Below are positions 10,262 through 20,493 of a DNA stretch of 64,000 bases, piece by piece. Every line of letters starts with the position of its first letter. Position 1 is the stretch's first letter. The notes below the pieces were generated by a model that worked only from the letters and a program-made list of their open reading frames with translations, ran no database searches and had not been told where the DNA came from. The translations under genes and the position numbers were made by a program. This DNA is from Candidatus Altiarchaeota archaeon (GTDB lineage Archaea > Altiarchaeota > Altiarchaeia > IMC4 > SCGC-AAA252-I15). Location of the stretch: the NCBI GenBank assembly GCA_043800705.1, contig JAZDMS010000010.1, positions 147,327 to 211,326 on the forward strand. Direction: 5' to 3'.

Positions 10262-11557
10262 ATGCATTACAACCCGAACAGCCCGCAGGAGCGGGAACAG
10301 ATGCTCAGCCGCGTCGGTGCTAAAAAAGTAGAAGACCTGTACGCCGACATACCCGAAGGCGTGAGGCTGAAGGGCGGATTGAGGCTGCCCAAGGGGTTGA
10401 GCGAGATGCAGCTGCGCCGGCACATGGGCGAACTTGCCGGGATGAACCGGGTCAGGACGTCGTTCCTCGGCGCAGGCGCATACGAGCACCACATCCCCTC
10501 CGCAGTCGGGCATATGGTCGGCAGGAGCGAATTCTACACCGCCTACACCCCCTACCAGGCCGAAGTCAGCCAGGGAGTTTTGCAGGCGCTGTTCGAATAT
10601 CAGAGCATAATGTGCGAACTAACCGGTCAGGAGGTCTCCAACGCCACCTTATATGACGGGGCCACGGCGTTGGCGGAGGCCTCCGTCATGGCGCACAACA
10701 TAACAAAGCGCAATGAGATCCTCGTCTCCGACACGCTTCACCCGGAGTACCGGATGGTCTTGAAGACCTACTGCGAAGCCGGCGGCTTGGAGCTGCGGGT
10801 TGTCGCCTCCGGTGACGGCACATCGTCGAACCTTGTTCCCACGGAAAAGACCGCGGCGGTCGTGATCCAGAGCCCGAACTTCTTCGGCATAGTGGAGGAC
10901 TCGGATGCGCTCCAGAAGAGGGCGCATGAGATGGGCAGCCTCCTGATAGGGTGCGTCGTAGAGGCCGCGTCCCTCGGGATGCTGAAGCCGCCGCCTGCGG
11001 ACATCGTCGTCGGGGACGGCCAGTCATTCGGGAACCCGGTATCTTTCGGGGGCCCCACGTTCGGTTTCCTGACGACAAGCATGAAATACGTCCGGCATGT
11101 GCCCGGGCGGCTGGTGGGGGAGACCGCCGACTCGGACGGGAAAAGGGGATATGTTCTCACCCTCCAGGCCAGGGAGCAGCACATCCGCAGGGAGAAGGCG
11201 ACCTCTAACATATGCACCGCGCAGAGCCTCTGCGGCATCGCGGCAGCGGCCCATATCGCGCTATTGGGGCCGGAAGGCCTGAAGCGGATGAGTATGAACT
11301 CCCACAAGAATGCCGTATACCTTGCCGGAAGGCTCTCGAAGCTCAAAGGTTTCTCCTTGGTCTACAAGAAGCCGTTCTTCAACGAGTTCGTCCTGCGCTG
11401 CCCTGAAGGGACTTATGGGAGGCTTCGGACGGCGGGGTTCACACCGGGCCTGGAACTCGGAAGGTTCTATCCCGGGCTCAAGGGATGCCTCCTGTTATGT
11501 ACGACGGAGGTCCACTCGAAGTCCGAGCTGGACGCGGTCGCGGAGGCGCTGGGATGA
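10262..11557 (+). CDS. gcvPA: glycine dehydrogenase (decarboxylating) subunit 1
   Basis: [53 protein letters not shown]. Confidence 0.97.
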   Translation: MHYNPNSPQEREQMLSRVGAKKVEDLYADIPEGVRLKGGLRLPKGLSEMQLRRHMGELAGMNRVRTSFLGAGAYEHHIPSAVGHMVGRSEFYTAYTPYQAEVSQGVLQALFEYQSIMCELTGQEVSNATLYDGATALAEASVMAHNITKRNEILVSDTLHPEYRMVLKTYCEAGGLELRVVASGDGTSSNLVPTEKTAAVVIQSPNFFGIVEDSDALQKRAHEMGSLLIGCVVEAASLGMLKPPPADIVVGDGQSFGNPVSFGGPTFGFLTTSMKYVRHVPGRLVGETADSDGKRGYVLTLQAREQHIRREKATSNICTAQSLCGIAAAAHIALLGPEGLKRMSMNSHKNAVYLAGRLSKLKGFSLVYKKPFFNEFVLRCPEGTYGRLRTAGFTPGLELGRFYPGLKGCLLLCTTEVHSKSELDAVAEALG

Positions 11558-12996
11558 ACACGCTCATGGAGGATTCGGTGAAGGGACGTGTCGGCGTGCT
11601 CCCTGCCGAGTCGGAGGTCGACGTCGCGGTCGGCGTCCCGAAGGCGATGCTCAGGGATTCGCTGAGGCTGCCGGAGCTGGGCGAAGTCGACGTCGTTAGG
11701 CACTACACTAACCTCTCCAGGCTGAACTTCGGCCTCGACACGGGATTCTACCCCCTTGGTTCCTGCACGATGAAGTACAATCCGAAGGTCAACGAGGACG
11801 TTGCGCGCCTTGACGGATTCTCCAGGATCCATCCCTACCAGGACGAGAGTGATGTCCAGGGTGCGCTGAAGGTCATGCACGGGCTGGAAAAGGCATTGTG
11901 CGAAATAACGGGCATGGATGCCTTCACCCTGCAACCGTCGGCGGGCGCCCACGGGGAATTGGCGGGCGTGATGGTGATAAGGGCGTATTTCACGGACAGG
12001 AGGCAGGAGCGCAGGAAGATCCTGGTGCCTGACTCCAGTCACGGCACGAATCCGGCGACAGCCGCATACTGCGGATACGAAGTCATCACGATTAAGTCGA
12101 AGGAGGACGGGAACCTCGACCTCGACGACCTGGCGGCCAACATGTCTGAGGACGTGGCCGGCCTCATGCTCACCAACCCGAACACACTGGGGCTTTTCGA
12201 CCGAAACATATCCAGGATAACGGAGATAGTCCACGCGAAGGGGGGGCTCGTCTACTATGACGGGGCTAACATGAACCCGATCATGGGCTTCGCAAGGCCT
12301 GGCGACATGGGATACGACCTAGTCCACATAAACCTGCACAAGACCTTCTCCACTCCGCACGGGGGCGGCGGGCCCGGTTCGGGGCCGGTCGGGGTCGTGA
12401 AGGCTCTTGCCCCGTATCTGCCAGTCCCGAGGGTGGTCGAGAAAGGCGGCAAGTATTCCTTGTCCTATGATGCGCCGAAGTCCATCGGGAAGGTGAGGGC
12501 GTTCCACGGCAGCTTCGGGATAATCGTCAGGGCGTACGCATACGTCATGGCGCTGGGGGCGGAGGGCTTGAAGGACGCGAGCGCCCAGGCGGTGCTGAAC
12601 GCGAACTACCTGATGTCGCTTCTGAAGGGCCACTATGACCTTCCTTTCGAGCGCGTGTGCATGCACGAGTTCGTGCTTTCCGGGCGGAAGCAGGCGTATG
12701 AGTACGGCGTGCACACCCTCGACATAGGAAAGCGCCTCCTAGACTACGGGTTCCACGCCCCGACCATATACTTCCCCCTCATCGTGGAGGAGGCGATAAT
12801 GATCGAGCCGACGGAGACTGAGAACAAGGCTACCCTGGACGGATTCGCAGAGGCAATGATCGAGATTGCCGACGAATGCCGGACTGCCCCTGATACTGTG
12901 AAAGCCGCGCCCCAAAAGACGCCGGTCAAGAGGCTCGACAACACGCTTGCCGCTAGGCATCCTGTGCTTTCCTGGAGCCAGACACGCAACAAGTGA
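11554..12996 (+). CDS. gcvPB: glycine dehydrogenase (decarboxylating) subunit 2
   Basis: [29 protein letters not shown] (PLP Lys), MIEPTETE; ATGA overlap with gcvPA. Confidence 0.97.
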   Translation: MNTLMEDSVKGRVGVLPAESEVDVAVGVPKAMLRDSLRLPELGEVDVVRHYTNLSRLNFGLDTGFYPLGSCTMKYNPKVNEDVARLDGFSRIHPYQDESDVQGALKVMHGLEKALCEITGMDAFTLQPSAGAHGELAGVMVIRAYFTDRRQERRKILVPDSSHGTNPATAAYCGYEVITIKSKEDGNLDLDDLAANMSEDVAGLMLTNPNTLGLFDRNISRITEIVHAKGGLVYYDGANMNPIMGFARPGDMGYDLVHINLHKTFSTPHGGGGPGSGPVGVVKALAPYLPVPRVVEKGGKYSLSYDAPKSIGKVRAFHGSFGIIVRAYAYVMALGAEGLKDASAQAVLNANYLMSLLKGHYDLPFERVCMHEFVLSGRKQAYEYGVHTLDIGKRLLDYGFHAPTIYFPLIVEEAIMIEPTETENKATLDGFAEAMIEIADECRTAPDTVKAAPQKTPVKRLDNTLAARHPVLSWSQTRNK

Positions 12997-13030
12997 CCGG
13001 ATATTAATTCCTGCTCGGATAGTATTAGGG

Positions 13031-15292
13031 ATGGGAAAAAGACCGGATATGTCGGGCCTGATCAGGCGGTATTCTCCAGTCTTCCTTCTCCTGGCTTTCG
13101 CGGTCCTGGGCTCGTACTTCGTCGTCTACAGCGGGCCTACAGGCGGAGGCCTGTCCTGGTTCTTCTCATCCGATCCCGGCTGCGGAAGAGACTACTGGAT
13201 GGACGGCAACTGGTCGAAGGCCAGTATCCCCTACGTGTCGGCTTCCCCTCCAAAGAACTCATGCTTCATCGGGGTCGGGCCGGTGCCCGAAAATCTCGTG
13301 GTCAGGGCTGAAGACCTGGTGACGGCAGCATTTGCCGACGGGAACAGGATATATTCTAATACGGCGGGCAATATGCGCTGCGTCGACTGCGCAGGCAGGC
13401 AGATCAACGTTGGGGAAGGGCATGGGTGGGTCCTTTTCGACGTCGCCAAATTCGGCGGCATGCTGCGTTTCGACGCATATCCCGTGAAACCGACGCCTGA
13501 GGTCCAGATCATCGCATTGGCGCTGATCATCGCATTCCTCCTTATCACCCCTGAAGGGACGTTAAAGCGGGCGTCGACCGTCGCGGCCGTGGCCTTCCTC
13601 GCGGGCGTATCGTTCCTTCTGCCTATATATGAGAACGTCGGATACTGGGGGCGGGGGGACTGGGATTACGTGTTCACCAATATCGCGGTGGTGGGAAACG
13701 TCCTGATGCAGCAGCATCAGCTGCCTTTCTGGAACCCATACCTCTGCGGAGGTTCGCCGCTGCTCGGGTTCCCGGGATGGATAAAGGCGGATCCCTTCCT
13801 GATCGTCCCTTTCGTGCTGGGTGTTGTCGCCGGCGTGAAGGTCAATCTCCTGCTTTTCACGATGGTCGGAATGTTCGGGTGCCATCTATTGGCCTCCTTT
13901 CTTAGGATCAGGACAATATCGCGCTATCATCTGTCTGTCGTCTTCATGTTTAGCGGGTTCTTCGCCTACAGGCTGTATGAAGGTCACTACCAGTATTTTG
14001 CGCTCATGTACCTGCCCTACATCACCCTGTTTCTCCTGAAATCGTTCAACGACCTGAGGCATGCGCTGGCGCTCTCCCTGTTTATAGCATTATTCGTCCT
14101 ATTCGCGCATCCGATCATGGACGTGTTCCTGGGGCTGTTCCTCGCCTCCATATCCGTCGCAGAGGCTGCCGTCACGGCTTCCAGGAGGGGCGCATCGAAA
14201 CCATGGTGGAGGCCGTTGGCAGCCCCGGCAGTCGCGTGCGGACTTGCATGCCTGCTTCTGGCATTCCTCCTCTTGCCGGAACTCGAATTTTCCCTCTTGC
14301 ATCCAAGACAGCTTATAGAAAAGCTGCTTCCCGACTTCGACATTCAGCTTCTATACTCTTCGCTTGCCAGGGCTCCCACCGATCCGTTGGTTCCGAAGTG
14401 GTGGGGCTGGCATGAGTTCGGCGGCTTCATAGGCATACCCGCACTCATGCTGTCGTTTTTCGGATTCGTTGCATCGCTGCGCAGAGGGGGACTGTTGGGG
14501 CCGGCTGTCGCCCTCGTCGTCTTCCTCCTTATCATCCTCGGATCAAACTCCCCTTTCGACCTGTGGGGTTTGTTGCATGATCTGCCGATGGTTCACTCGC
14601 TTCGCGACCCCGAACGGGGGATAGGTTTCGTTGTATTCATCCTGGCGATATATTCCTCCATCGGCCTATCCGGCCTTGAGGGGCGGTTTCCCCGCATTGC
14701 CAATGTGGTTTTCGCAGCATCGTTCGCCCTCATTTTCCTGTCGAACACCCAACTGCTATACGGCGTGTTCGGCGTCATACCCTACGATGTCGCGGGATCG
14801 GCTGATGGTTTCCGTCAGATAAAGTATCCGCTCACGCAGGGGGCGTACTCCAACATGTACCCCTACATAGGCGCCGGGGTCGGCTTGACGAATTGCTATT
14901 CTTCCGGGCTCCTAGAGCGGCGGACGACATCCGATACTCAGCAGGCGTACCGGGGCGAGGCATATCTCCTCGGATCCAGAGGGACCGCTGCATTGTCGGC
15001 ATTTTCCCAGAATTCGTTCACCGTGGACGTCGATGCCGCCGGCGACGACCTGCTAATAGTCAACCAGAACTATGAGCAGAATTGGAGAGTAGAAGGCGGC
15101 TTTGTCAGGGAATACAAGGGCCTCATCGCAGCCAACGTCACATCAGGGAGGCACCAGATGAGGTTCTATTACCTGCCTTGGGCCTTCCTTGCAGGTTGCG
15201 TATTGAGCATTGCGGGGCTTTTCGCATTCGCATATCTCGCAAGGAAATACGGGCTCGGTCCTTTCCGCCCGGAGGCGGACGATGGACGGTAG
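13031..15292 (+). CDS. polytopic membrane protein, YfhO-like/GT-C glycosyltransferase-like
   Basis: GDWDY, PFWNPYLCGGSPLLG, SLRDPER and C-terminal VNQNYEQNWRV...GRHQMRFYYLP resemble YfhO-type proteins; more than 10 TM segments. Confidence 0.7.
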   Translation: MGKRPDMSGLIRRYSPVFLLLAFAVLGSYFVVYSGPTGGGLSWFFSSDPGCGRDYWMDGNWSKASIPYVSASPPKNSCFIGVGPVPENLVVRAEDLVTAAFADGNRIYSNTAGNMRCVDCAGRQINVGEGHGWVLFDVAKFGGMLRFDAYPVKPTPEVQIIALALIIAFLLITPEGTLKRASTVAAVAFLAGVSFLLPIYENVGYWGRGDWDYVFTNIAVVGNVLMQQHQLPFWNPYLCGGSPLLGFPGWIKADPFLIVPFVLGVVAGVKVNLLLFTMVGMFGCHLLASFLRIRTISRYHLSVVFMFSGFFAYRLYEGHYQYFALMYLPYITLFLLKSFNDLRHALALSLFIALFVLFAHPIMDVFLGLFLASISVAEAAVTASRRGASKPWWRPLAAPAVACGLACLLLAFLLLPELEFSLLHPRQLIEKLLPDFDIQLLYSSLARAPTDPLVPKWWGWHEFGGFIGIPALMLSFFGFVASLRRGGLLGPAVALVVFLLIILGSNSPFDLWGLLHDLPMVHSLRDPERGIGFVVFILAIYSSIGLSGLEGRFPRIANVVFAASFALIFLSNTQLLYGVFGVIPYDVAGSADGFRQIKYPLTQGAYSNMYPYIGAGVGLTNCYSSGLLERRTTSDTQQAYRGEAYLLGSRGTAALSAFSQNSFTVDVDAAGDDLLIVNQNYEQNWRVEGGFVREYKGLIAANVTSGRHQMRFYYLPWAFLAGCVLSIAGLFAFAYLARKYGLGPFRPEADDGR

Positions 15293-16115
15293 GAAGCCTC
15301 CGTGGCTGAAGGTCAGATTGGGCGGGTCCGGGGAATACCCTCACGTGCACAGCAGCATAAAACGTCACGGCCTCCACACTGTCTGCGAGGAGGCCCGCTG
15401 CCCGAACATGGGTGAATGCTGGGGGTGCGGGACGGCCACCTTCCTGATCATGGGCGAGCTCTGCACCAGAAACTGCAGGTTCTGCGCGGTGAAGACGGGC
15501 GCAAGCGGTTCCCCTCTCGATGGGCGGGAGCCCGCCGAACTGGCGGCCTGCGTCAAGGAACTCGGCATCAGATACGCGGTGATCACGTCAGTCGACCGCG
15601 ACGACCTGCCGGACAAGGGTGCGGGACACTTTGCGGAATGCATCAAGGCCCTGAAATCCACGGGAGCCAGGGTGGAGGCGCTCATACCCGACTATGCCGG
15701 AAAGAGCATCTCAACAGTCGTCGCAGCCGGGCCTGATGTGCTGGCGCATAATATCGAAGTCGTGAAGAGGCTTCAGGGCCTTAGAGATGCGAGGGCGTCG
15801 TATGAGAAAAGCCTGGAGACGCTGCGGCTTGCCAAGACTGAAGGCAGTAGACTGAAGACAAAGTCGTCGATAATGCTCGGCCTCGGCGAGACGGATTCCG
15901 AGGTGCTTGAGGCGATGGACGGCCTGCGGTCGGTCGGCTGCGACCACCTGACCATCGGCCAGTACCTGCAGCCTACGAGGAGGCAGGTGCCTGTGGCGGA
16001 GTACGTCAGCCCGGAGAAATTCAGGGAATATGCGGACGCAGCATCTGGCCGGGGATTCAGCAGGGTCGTCTCGGAACCGCTCGCCAGGACCAGCTACAAG
16101 GCAGGGGAAAAATGA
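15282..16115 (+). CDS. lipA: lipoyl synthase
   Basis: RKPPWLKV, CEEARCPNMGEC, CTRNCRFC, VITSVDRDDL, TIGQYLQP, RTSY. Confidence 0.97.
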   Translation: MDGRKPPWLKVRLGGSGEYPHVHSSIKRHGLHTVCEEARCPNMGECWGCGTATFLIMGELCTRNCRFCAVKTGASGSPLDGREPAELAACVKELGIRYAVITSVDRDDLPDKGAGHFAECIKALKSTGARVEALIPDYAGKSISTVVAAGPDVLAHNIEVVKRLQGLRDARASYEKSLETLRLAKTEGSRLKTKSSIMLGLGETDSEVLEAMDGLRSVGCDHLTIGQYLQPTRRQVPVAEYVSPEKFREYADAASGRGFSRVVSEPLARTSYKAGEK

Positions 16116-16119
16116 ACCG

Positions 16120-16305
16120 TCACATCCTCGCCTTGCAGAACAGCGCAATGAGTATCACAAGGCCGATGAGCGAATACGGCCAAGGCGCGAGTATCCCTAC
16201 GGACAGGCCGATCAGGTACAGGGCCATCCCGCCCGGTGTCTGCAGCGGGCAGCATCCGTCTTTGCATGTCTTCCCCGTTTTCGTGACGCTTGGTTCTTCA
16301 CTCAT
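16120..16305 (-). CDS. small membrane protein (2 TM, CxxxCC motif)
   Basis: MSEEPSVTKTGKTCKDGCCPLQTPGGMALYLIGLSVGILAPWPYSLIGLVILIALFCKARM; its start overlaps the stop of the upstream small ORF. Confidence 0.6.
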   Translation of the reverse strand: MSEEPSVTKTGKTCKDGCCPLQTPGGMALYLIGLSVGILAPWPYSLIGLVILIALFCKARM

Positions 16306-16489
16306 CGCTGTCGCCCCCAGAGGAGGATTCACTGCCAAAGGAGCTATCCCCTGAGGATGAGCTTTCCCCGCCGGACTCGGATGGGCTGCTGTCTCCGCCG
16401 TCCAAGCCCCTGCTTATGATCTCGACCCCCTTGGAGACTATGTGCAGCCTGCCCAAGCTCCCCAGAATGTCGGATATCGGCCCGCCCAT
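16298..16489 (-). CDS. small hypothetical protein with Ser/Gly/acidic tail
   Basis: MGGPISDILGSLGRLHIVSKGVEIISRGLDGGDSSPSESGGESSSSGDSS...; AT-rich TATA-like sequence upstream; coupled to 16120..16305. Confidence 0.45.
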   Translation of the reverse strand: MGGPISDILGSLGRLHIVSKGVEIISRGLDGGDSSPSESGGESSSSGDSSFGSESSSGGDSDE

Positions 16490-16519
16490 GTTTAATATGA
16501 TTCCGTTCAATACTATAAA

Positions 16520-16792
16520 GTGATCGGCAAAGTCGTCCACAAGGTGCCTGGCGGCAAGCTACTGAAAGTCACCGTCGAACATGACGGGAAGTCCATCCTG
16601 AAGGCCAGCATAAGCGGAGATTTCTTCATACATCCGGAGGACTCCGTCGACCGCCTGGAGGCGAGGCTGAGGGATGCGAAGCCTCTGGAGGTCGGCAAAA
16701 TAGTGGAGTCCAGCCTGTCGGGTGCGAGGCTGTTCGGCGTCGACGCAAAATCGATAACGGATGCGATACTGGAGGCTTACGGTGGAGTGTAG
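16520..16792 (+). CDS. lipoate-protein ligase accessory (C-terminal domain) subunit, LplB-like
   Basis: KVPGGKLLKV and ISGDFFIHPED motifs of the stand-alone LplA C-terminal domain; directly precedes the ligase. Confidence 0.88.
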   Translation: MIGKVVHKVPGGKLLKVTVEHDGKSILKASISGDFFIHPEDSVDRLEARLRDAKPLEVGKIVESSLSGARLFGVDAKSITDAILEAYGGV

Positions 16793-17534
16793 GTTCATAG
16801 ACAGCGGCGTGGGTAAGGCATACTTTAACATGGGCCTCGACGAAGCGATCCTGGAGCATGTATCCGATTCCAGAAGCCCTGCTACGCTGAGGTTTTACGG
16901 GTGGGCTCCGCGGGCGGTATCCATCGGATACTTCCAGAGCATGCGGGAGGAGGTCGACGTCGACGCCTGCTTCAAGGACGGCGTAGATGTGGTCCGCAGG
17001 ATAACCGGCGGCGGCGCGGTCTATCACGACCGGGAGCTGACATACAGTTACATCGCGAAGGAAGATGCGGTCCCGGACGACATCCTGGAATCGTACAGGC
17101 TCATATGCGGCGGCCTAATCCGCGGATTCAATGGGTTGGGGCTCAAGGCGGAGTTCGCGCCCCTCAACGACATACTCTCGGGCGGCAGGAAGATCAGCGG
17201 AAACGCCCAGACGAGGCGGATGGGCTGCGTCATGCAGCATGGCACGATCCTCCTTGACGTGGACGTTGATAGGATGTTCCGCTACCTAAAGGTCCCGTCT
17301 GAGAAGATGCGGGACAAGGCGGTCAAAGACGTCAAGGAGAGGGTCACGTCACTGAAGCATCTGACCGGCAAGGAAGTCCCCTGCGGGAAGGCGGCCGAGG
17401 CCTTCAAGAAGGGATTCGCGGAGGCGTTGAAGCTCAGACTGAAGCCGGCCTCTCCCACACCGTCTGAACTCGCGCAGGCCCAGAGCCTCGCGGAATGCAA
17501 ATATTTCACCCTGGAATGGAACGATAAAAGATGA
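16782..17534 (+). CDS. lplA: lipoate-protein ligase / octanoyltransferase catalytic subunit
   Basis: NMGLDEA, TLRFYGW, SIGYFQ, VVRRITGGGAVYHD, RKISGNAQ, QHGTIL. Confidence 0.93.
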   Translation: MECRFIDSGVGKAYFNMGLDEAILEHVSDSRSPATLRFYGWAPRAVSIGYFQSMREEVDVDACFKDGVDVVRRITGGGAVYHDRELTYSYIAKEDAVPDDILESYRLICGGLIRGFNGLGLKAEFAPLNDILSGGRKISGNAQTRRMGCVMQHGTILLDVDVDRMFRYLKVPSEKMRDKAVKDVKERVTSLKHLTGKEVPCGKAAEAFKKGFAEALKLRLKPASPTPSELAQAQSLAECKYFTLEWNDKR

Positions 17535-18853
17535 AATACGATGCGATAATAATCGGGGCGGGTCCTGGCGGCTGCGAGACTGCATTATGGATACACCGCC
17601 TTGGGGGGCGGGCCGTACTCGTGGAAAAGGGAGAGGTAGGTGGCGTCTGCACGAACCGCGGATGCATACCCACAAAGGCCATGGCCTCAGGATGCGAGGC
17701 TCTCGATTCGGTAAAGCGTGCGGGGGAGTTCGGCATCGAAACAGGGCAGCCCAAGGTTGACCCGGAAGCCCTCTTCAAGCGGAGGGACCGCGTATGCCTG
17801 ACCCTGCGGAAGGGGGTCGAGAAGCTCCTTTCTGACGCCGGCGTCGAGGTGTTCAGAGGCGAAGGCAGAATCACGTCTGCGAACACGGTGGAAGCTGCGG
17901 GAAAGCCGCTGGAGGGAAAGGCATTGGTCATCGCGACAGGTTCGACGCCCGTAGGCCTGCCGGGGATGGAAATAGACCACGAATATGTGCTCTCCGGGGA
18001 CGACGCCGCGACATCGAAGACGCTGCCGAAGGCGGTCGTCATCGTCGGCGGAGGCTTCATCGGATGCGAGTACGCATCCATCTACGCCAGGCTCGGCTGC
18101 AAGGTGACCCTCATAGAAGCATTAAACCGCATCCTCCCGTCGGAAGACGAGGAGATATCTGCGGCGCTGCAGGCCTCCCTCTCCAAACAGGCCGATATAC
18201 TCGTCGGCATCAGGGTGGATTCGATAGATAAAAAAGCAAAGGACGTGACTGCGGGCGGCAGACGGATACCTGCCGACCTCGTTCTCATGGCCGTCGGAAG
18301 GCGACCTCTCATGCCCGCAGGCCTCGAAGGGACCGGGGTGGCAGTCGACAGATCAGGGATCAAAGTGGACAAGGCCATGCGGACCAACGTCGAGGGCGTC
18401 TTCGCCGTCGGCGATGCCGCCGCGGGTTTGAAGCTGGCCCACGTCGCCTACGCAGGGGCGGAGGCCGCGGCAAGGAACATCATGGGCGAGCATTTTGAAG
18501 CTGATTTCTCTGCCATCCCATGGTGCGTTTTCACATCGCCGGAGGTCGCGCGCGTCGGCTTGGCGCAGAATGAGGCGAAGACGCCGGTGCGCACGGGCAG
18601 GTCGGAATACATTGAAAACGGGAAGGCAAGATGCCAGGGGGAGCGGGAAGGATTCTGCAAGGTAGTGGCTGACGAAGCAACTGGCGCACTTATTGGGGTC
18701 CACTTCATCGGCGCCCACGCGTCCGACCTCATCGGGGAGGCGTCGCTGGCTGTGCGTATGAAGATGACCTGCCGAGAAATCGCCAAGACGATACACCCGC
18801 ATCCCACGCTTTCCGAACTCTTGCCCGAAGCATGCCGCAAGGCCGGTTTCTAA
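17531..18853 (+). CDS. lpdA: dihydrolipoamide dehydrogenase (GCS L protein)
   Basis: IIGAGPGG, GGVCTNRGCIPTK, VGGGFIGCE, C-terminal HPHPTLSE. Confidence 0.95.
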   Translation: MKYDAIIIGAGPGGCETALWIHRLGGRAVLVEKGEVGGVCTNRGCIPTKAMASGCEALDSVKRAGEFGIETGQPKVDPEALFKRRDRVCLTLRKGVEKLLSDAGVEVFRGEGRITSANTVEAAGKPLEGKALVIATGSTPVGLPGMEIDHEYVLSGDDAATSKTLPKAVVIVGGGFIGCEYASIYARLGCKVTLIEALNRILPSEDEEISAALQASLSKQADILVGIRVDSIDKKAKDVTAGGRRIPADLVLMAVGRRPLMPAGLEGTGVAVDRSGIKVDKAMRTNVEGVFAVGDAAAGLKLAHVAYAGAEAAARNIMGEHFEADFSAIPWCVFTSPEVARVGLAQNEAKTPVRTGRSEYIENGKARCQGEREGFCKVVADEATGALIGVHFIGAHASDLIGEASLAVRMKMTCREIAKTIHPHPTLSELLPEACRKAGF

Positions 18854-19329
18854 GACTCGATGTTGCCCCAGATCCTTCCGGAACTCTGATAGACGTTCTC
18901 GGCGGTCCTGTTGTCCTTATAGAGGATGACTATCTGGGCGTCGAACCTCCTGCCCGACGAATCGCCCCACTCCGGCTTGGCCAACTGCATTGTCCAGGAC
19001 TTGCCGGGCATGACGATGCAATTCTGAAGGAGACATAGTATCTCCATAGACTGCTGGTCGATGGTTGCGTTATAGGACATGATGGACAGGTTGGCGCCTG
19101 CGTTGTTGACGAAACTGACCTCCAAAAGGCCGTCCGAATGGAGGATAAACTCGTTTCCGTTCTGGATGACGAGCCCGAAGAAGCCGAAACTTCCGGGGTC
19201 GATGTTCTGGCCCATGCTGAAAAGGCCCCACTGCCACATCACGACCAATACTATGAGGATGGTGATCAGGACCCACCCATAGGTCATCAGGAACTCGAGG
19301 GAAGCCTGCCCCCTGCGGTTGTTTGTCAT
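18850..19329 (-). CDS. archaeal type IV pilin-like protein (class III signal peptide)
   Basis: RRGQASLEFLMTYGWVLITILIVLVVMWQWG: processing motif followed by a hydrophobic helix. Confidence 0.85.
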   Translation of the reverse strand: MTNNRRGQASLEFLMTYGWVLITILIVLVVMWQWGLFSMGQNIDPGSFGFFGLVIQNGNEFILHSDGLLEVSFVNNAGANLSIMSYNATIDQQSMEILCLLQNCIVMPGKSWTMQLAKPEWGDSSGRRFDAQIVILYKDNRTAENVYQSSGRIWGNIES

Positions 19330-19361
19330 CAATATCAACTTAGGTGCAGAAGAATAAAAGA

Positions 19362-19940
19362 TTAATAGCCTCTCATCTTGTCGAGGATGACCTGTTCATG
19401 GGCTTTGAACGCCTCCTCCTGCGGCTCCAGCTTGATCGCGGCCCTGATGGTGTCCAATGCCTCCTCGAACCTGTTGAGGTATGTCTGGATCCTAGCCTTC
19501 CCTGCGAGAGCCCACCCTGACTTGTCCCCCAAGCGTATGGCCTTCTCATAGGAGTCCAACGATCCTGAGATCTTCCCAAGCCGGTCCTCGACCAGCGCCT
19601 TCTCGATCCAGAAATCAGCCCTTAGGGGCTTCAATTTGACGGCCTTCCCGAAGCATGCGAGCGCCTCGTCGTCCCTGCCAAGCTCGAAAAGCAGCTGTCC
19701 CTTGCGGAATGATGCCCAGGCGGAGCGCGGATTCAGCGAGAGTGCCTCGTCGAAGGACCTCTCAGCATCATCATTCCTCCTCATGTTCTGCAAAATCCAT
19801 CCCTTCAGCACCTTAATCATGTGGTCGTCAGGCTCGCTTTTCTCCTTTGCCTCGACGACCCTCAGCAATCCGCTAAAGTCGTCGGTGAGTTTGCTCATCG
19901 CCATGAGCCTGCCCATGAACTCGTCGATAGACTCTGCCAT
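19362..19940 (-). CDS. TPR-repeat protein
   Basis: Repeated KG..L..LGR.DEAL..F.KA..L.P consensus. Confidence 0.88.
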   Translation of the reverse strand: MAESIDEFMGRLMAMSKLTDDFSGLLRVVEAKEKSEPDDHMIKVLKGWILQNMRRNDDAERSFDEALSLNPRSAWASFRKGQLLFELGRDDEALACFGKAVKLKPLRADFWIEKALVEDRLGKISGSLDSYEKAIRLGDKSGWALAGKARIQTYLNRFEEALDTIRAAIKLEPQEEAFKAHEQVILDKMRGY

Positions 19941-19956
19941 TGGCTAATAGATTGAC

Positions 19957-20487
19957 CTACTTCCTTAAAGAATTCACCGCCGACAGACCGACCGCGATCA
20001 TTTCCTCGATGCCGAACCTGCCCGTGTTCAGGACGACGTCATAGACGCTCAAATCATCCAAGTCGATGCCGTAAAACCGAAGATAACGCGCCCTCTCACT
20101 GCCGTCCCTGCCGTTCAGATCCGCCAAAGCGGACTCGAAGATGGAGCACTTCTCGCCGCGACAGAGGACCCGTTTCGCCCTCACATCCGCGGGGGCGACT
20201 AGCCAGAAACTCAGCTCAGGGTCGAGGAAATACCTTGAAAGGCGGCCGTCGACTACGCAGTCGCCCTTAGCCGCGTCCTTCTGCCGTTTGTCAATCTCCT
20301 TGTCGACCTCGGGATGGCCCTCCGCGTATCTGGAGAACTCCAGAAGGGATATGCCGCGTTCGGCGGCCATGTCCCTCATCGTCTGGCCCGCGGAAACATG
20401 CCTGATGCCGAGCCTGGACGCCAACGCCTTGGCCAGCGTCGTCTTACCAGAGGCGGCCTGCCCCCCGACAGTGACTAGCATCCTCAC
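19957..20487 (-). CDS. cmk: archaeal cytidylate kinase
   Basis: GQAASGKTT P-loop, SAGQTMR, VDKEID, VDGRL, RYLRFYGID; conserved position after rpl34e. Confidence 0.93.
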   Translation of the reverse strand: MRMLVTVGGQAASGKTTLAKALASRLGIRHVSAGQTMRDMAAERGISLLEFSRYAEGHPEVDKEIDKRQKDAAKGDCVVDGRLSRYFLDPELSFWLVAPADVRAKRVLCRGEKCSIFESALADLNGRDGSERARYLRFYGIDLDDLSVYDVVLNTGRFGIEEMIAVGLSAVNSLRK

Positions 20488-20493
20488 TTATCC

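Noticed and set aside
18850-19329. Pilus or archaellum operon
   Set aside because: Only one pilin-like gene is present; no assembly ATPase, TadC/ArlJ or prepilin peptidase is in the window.
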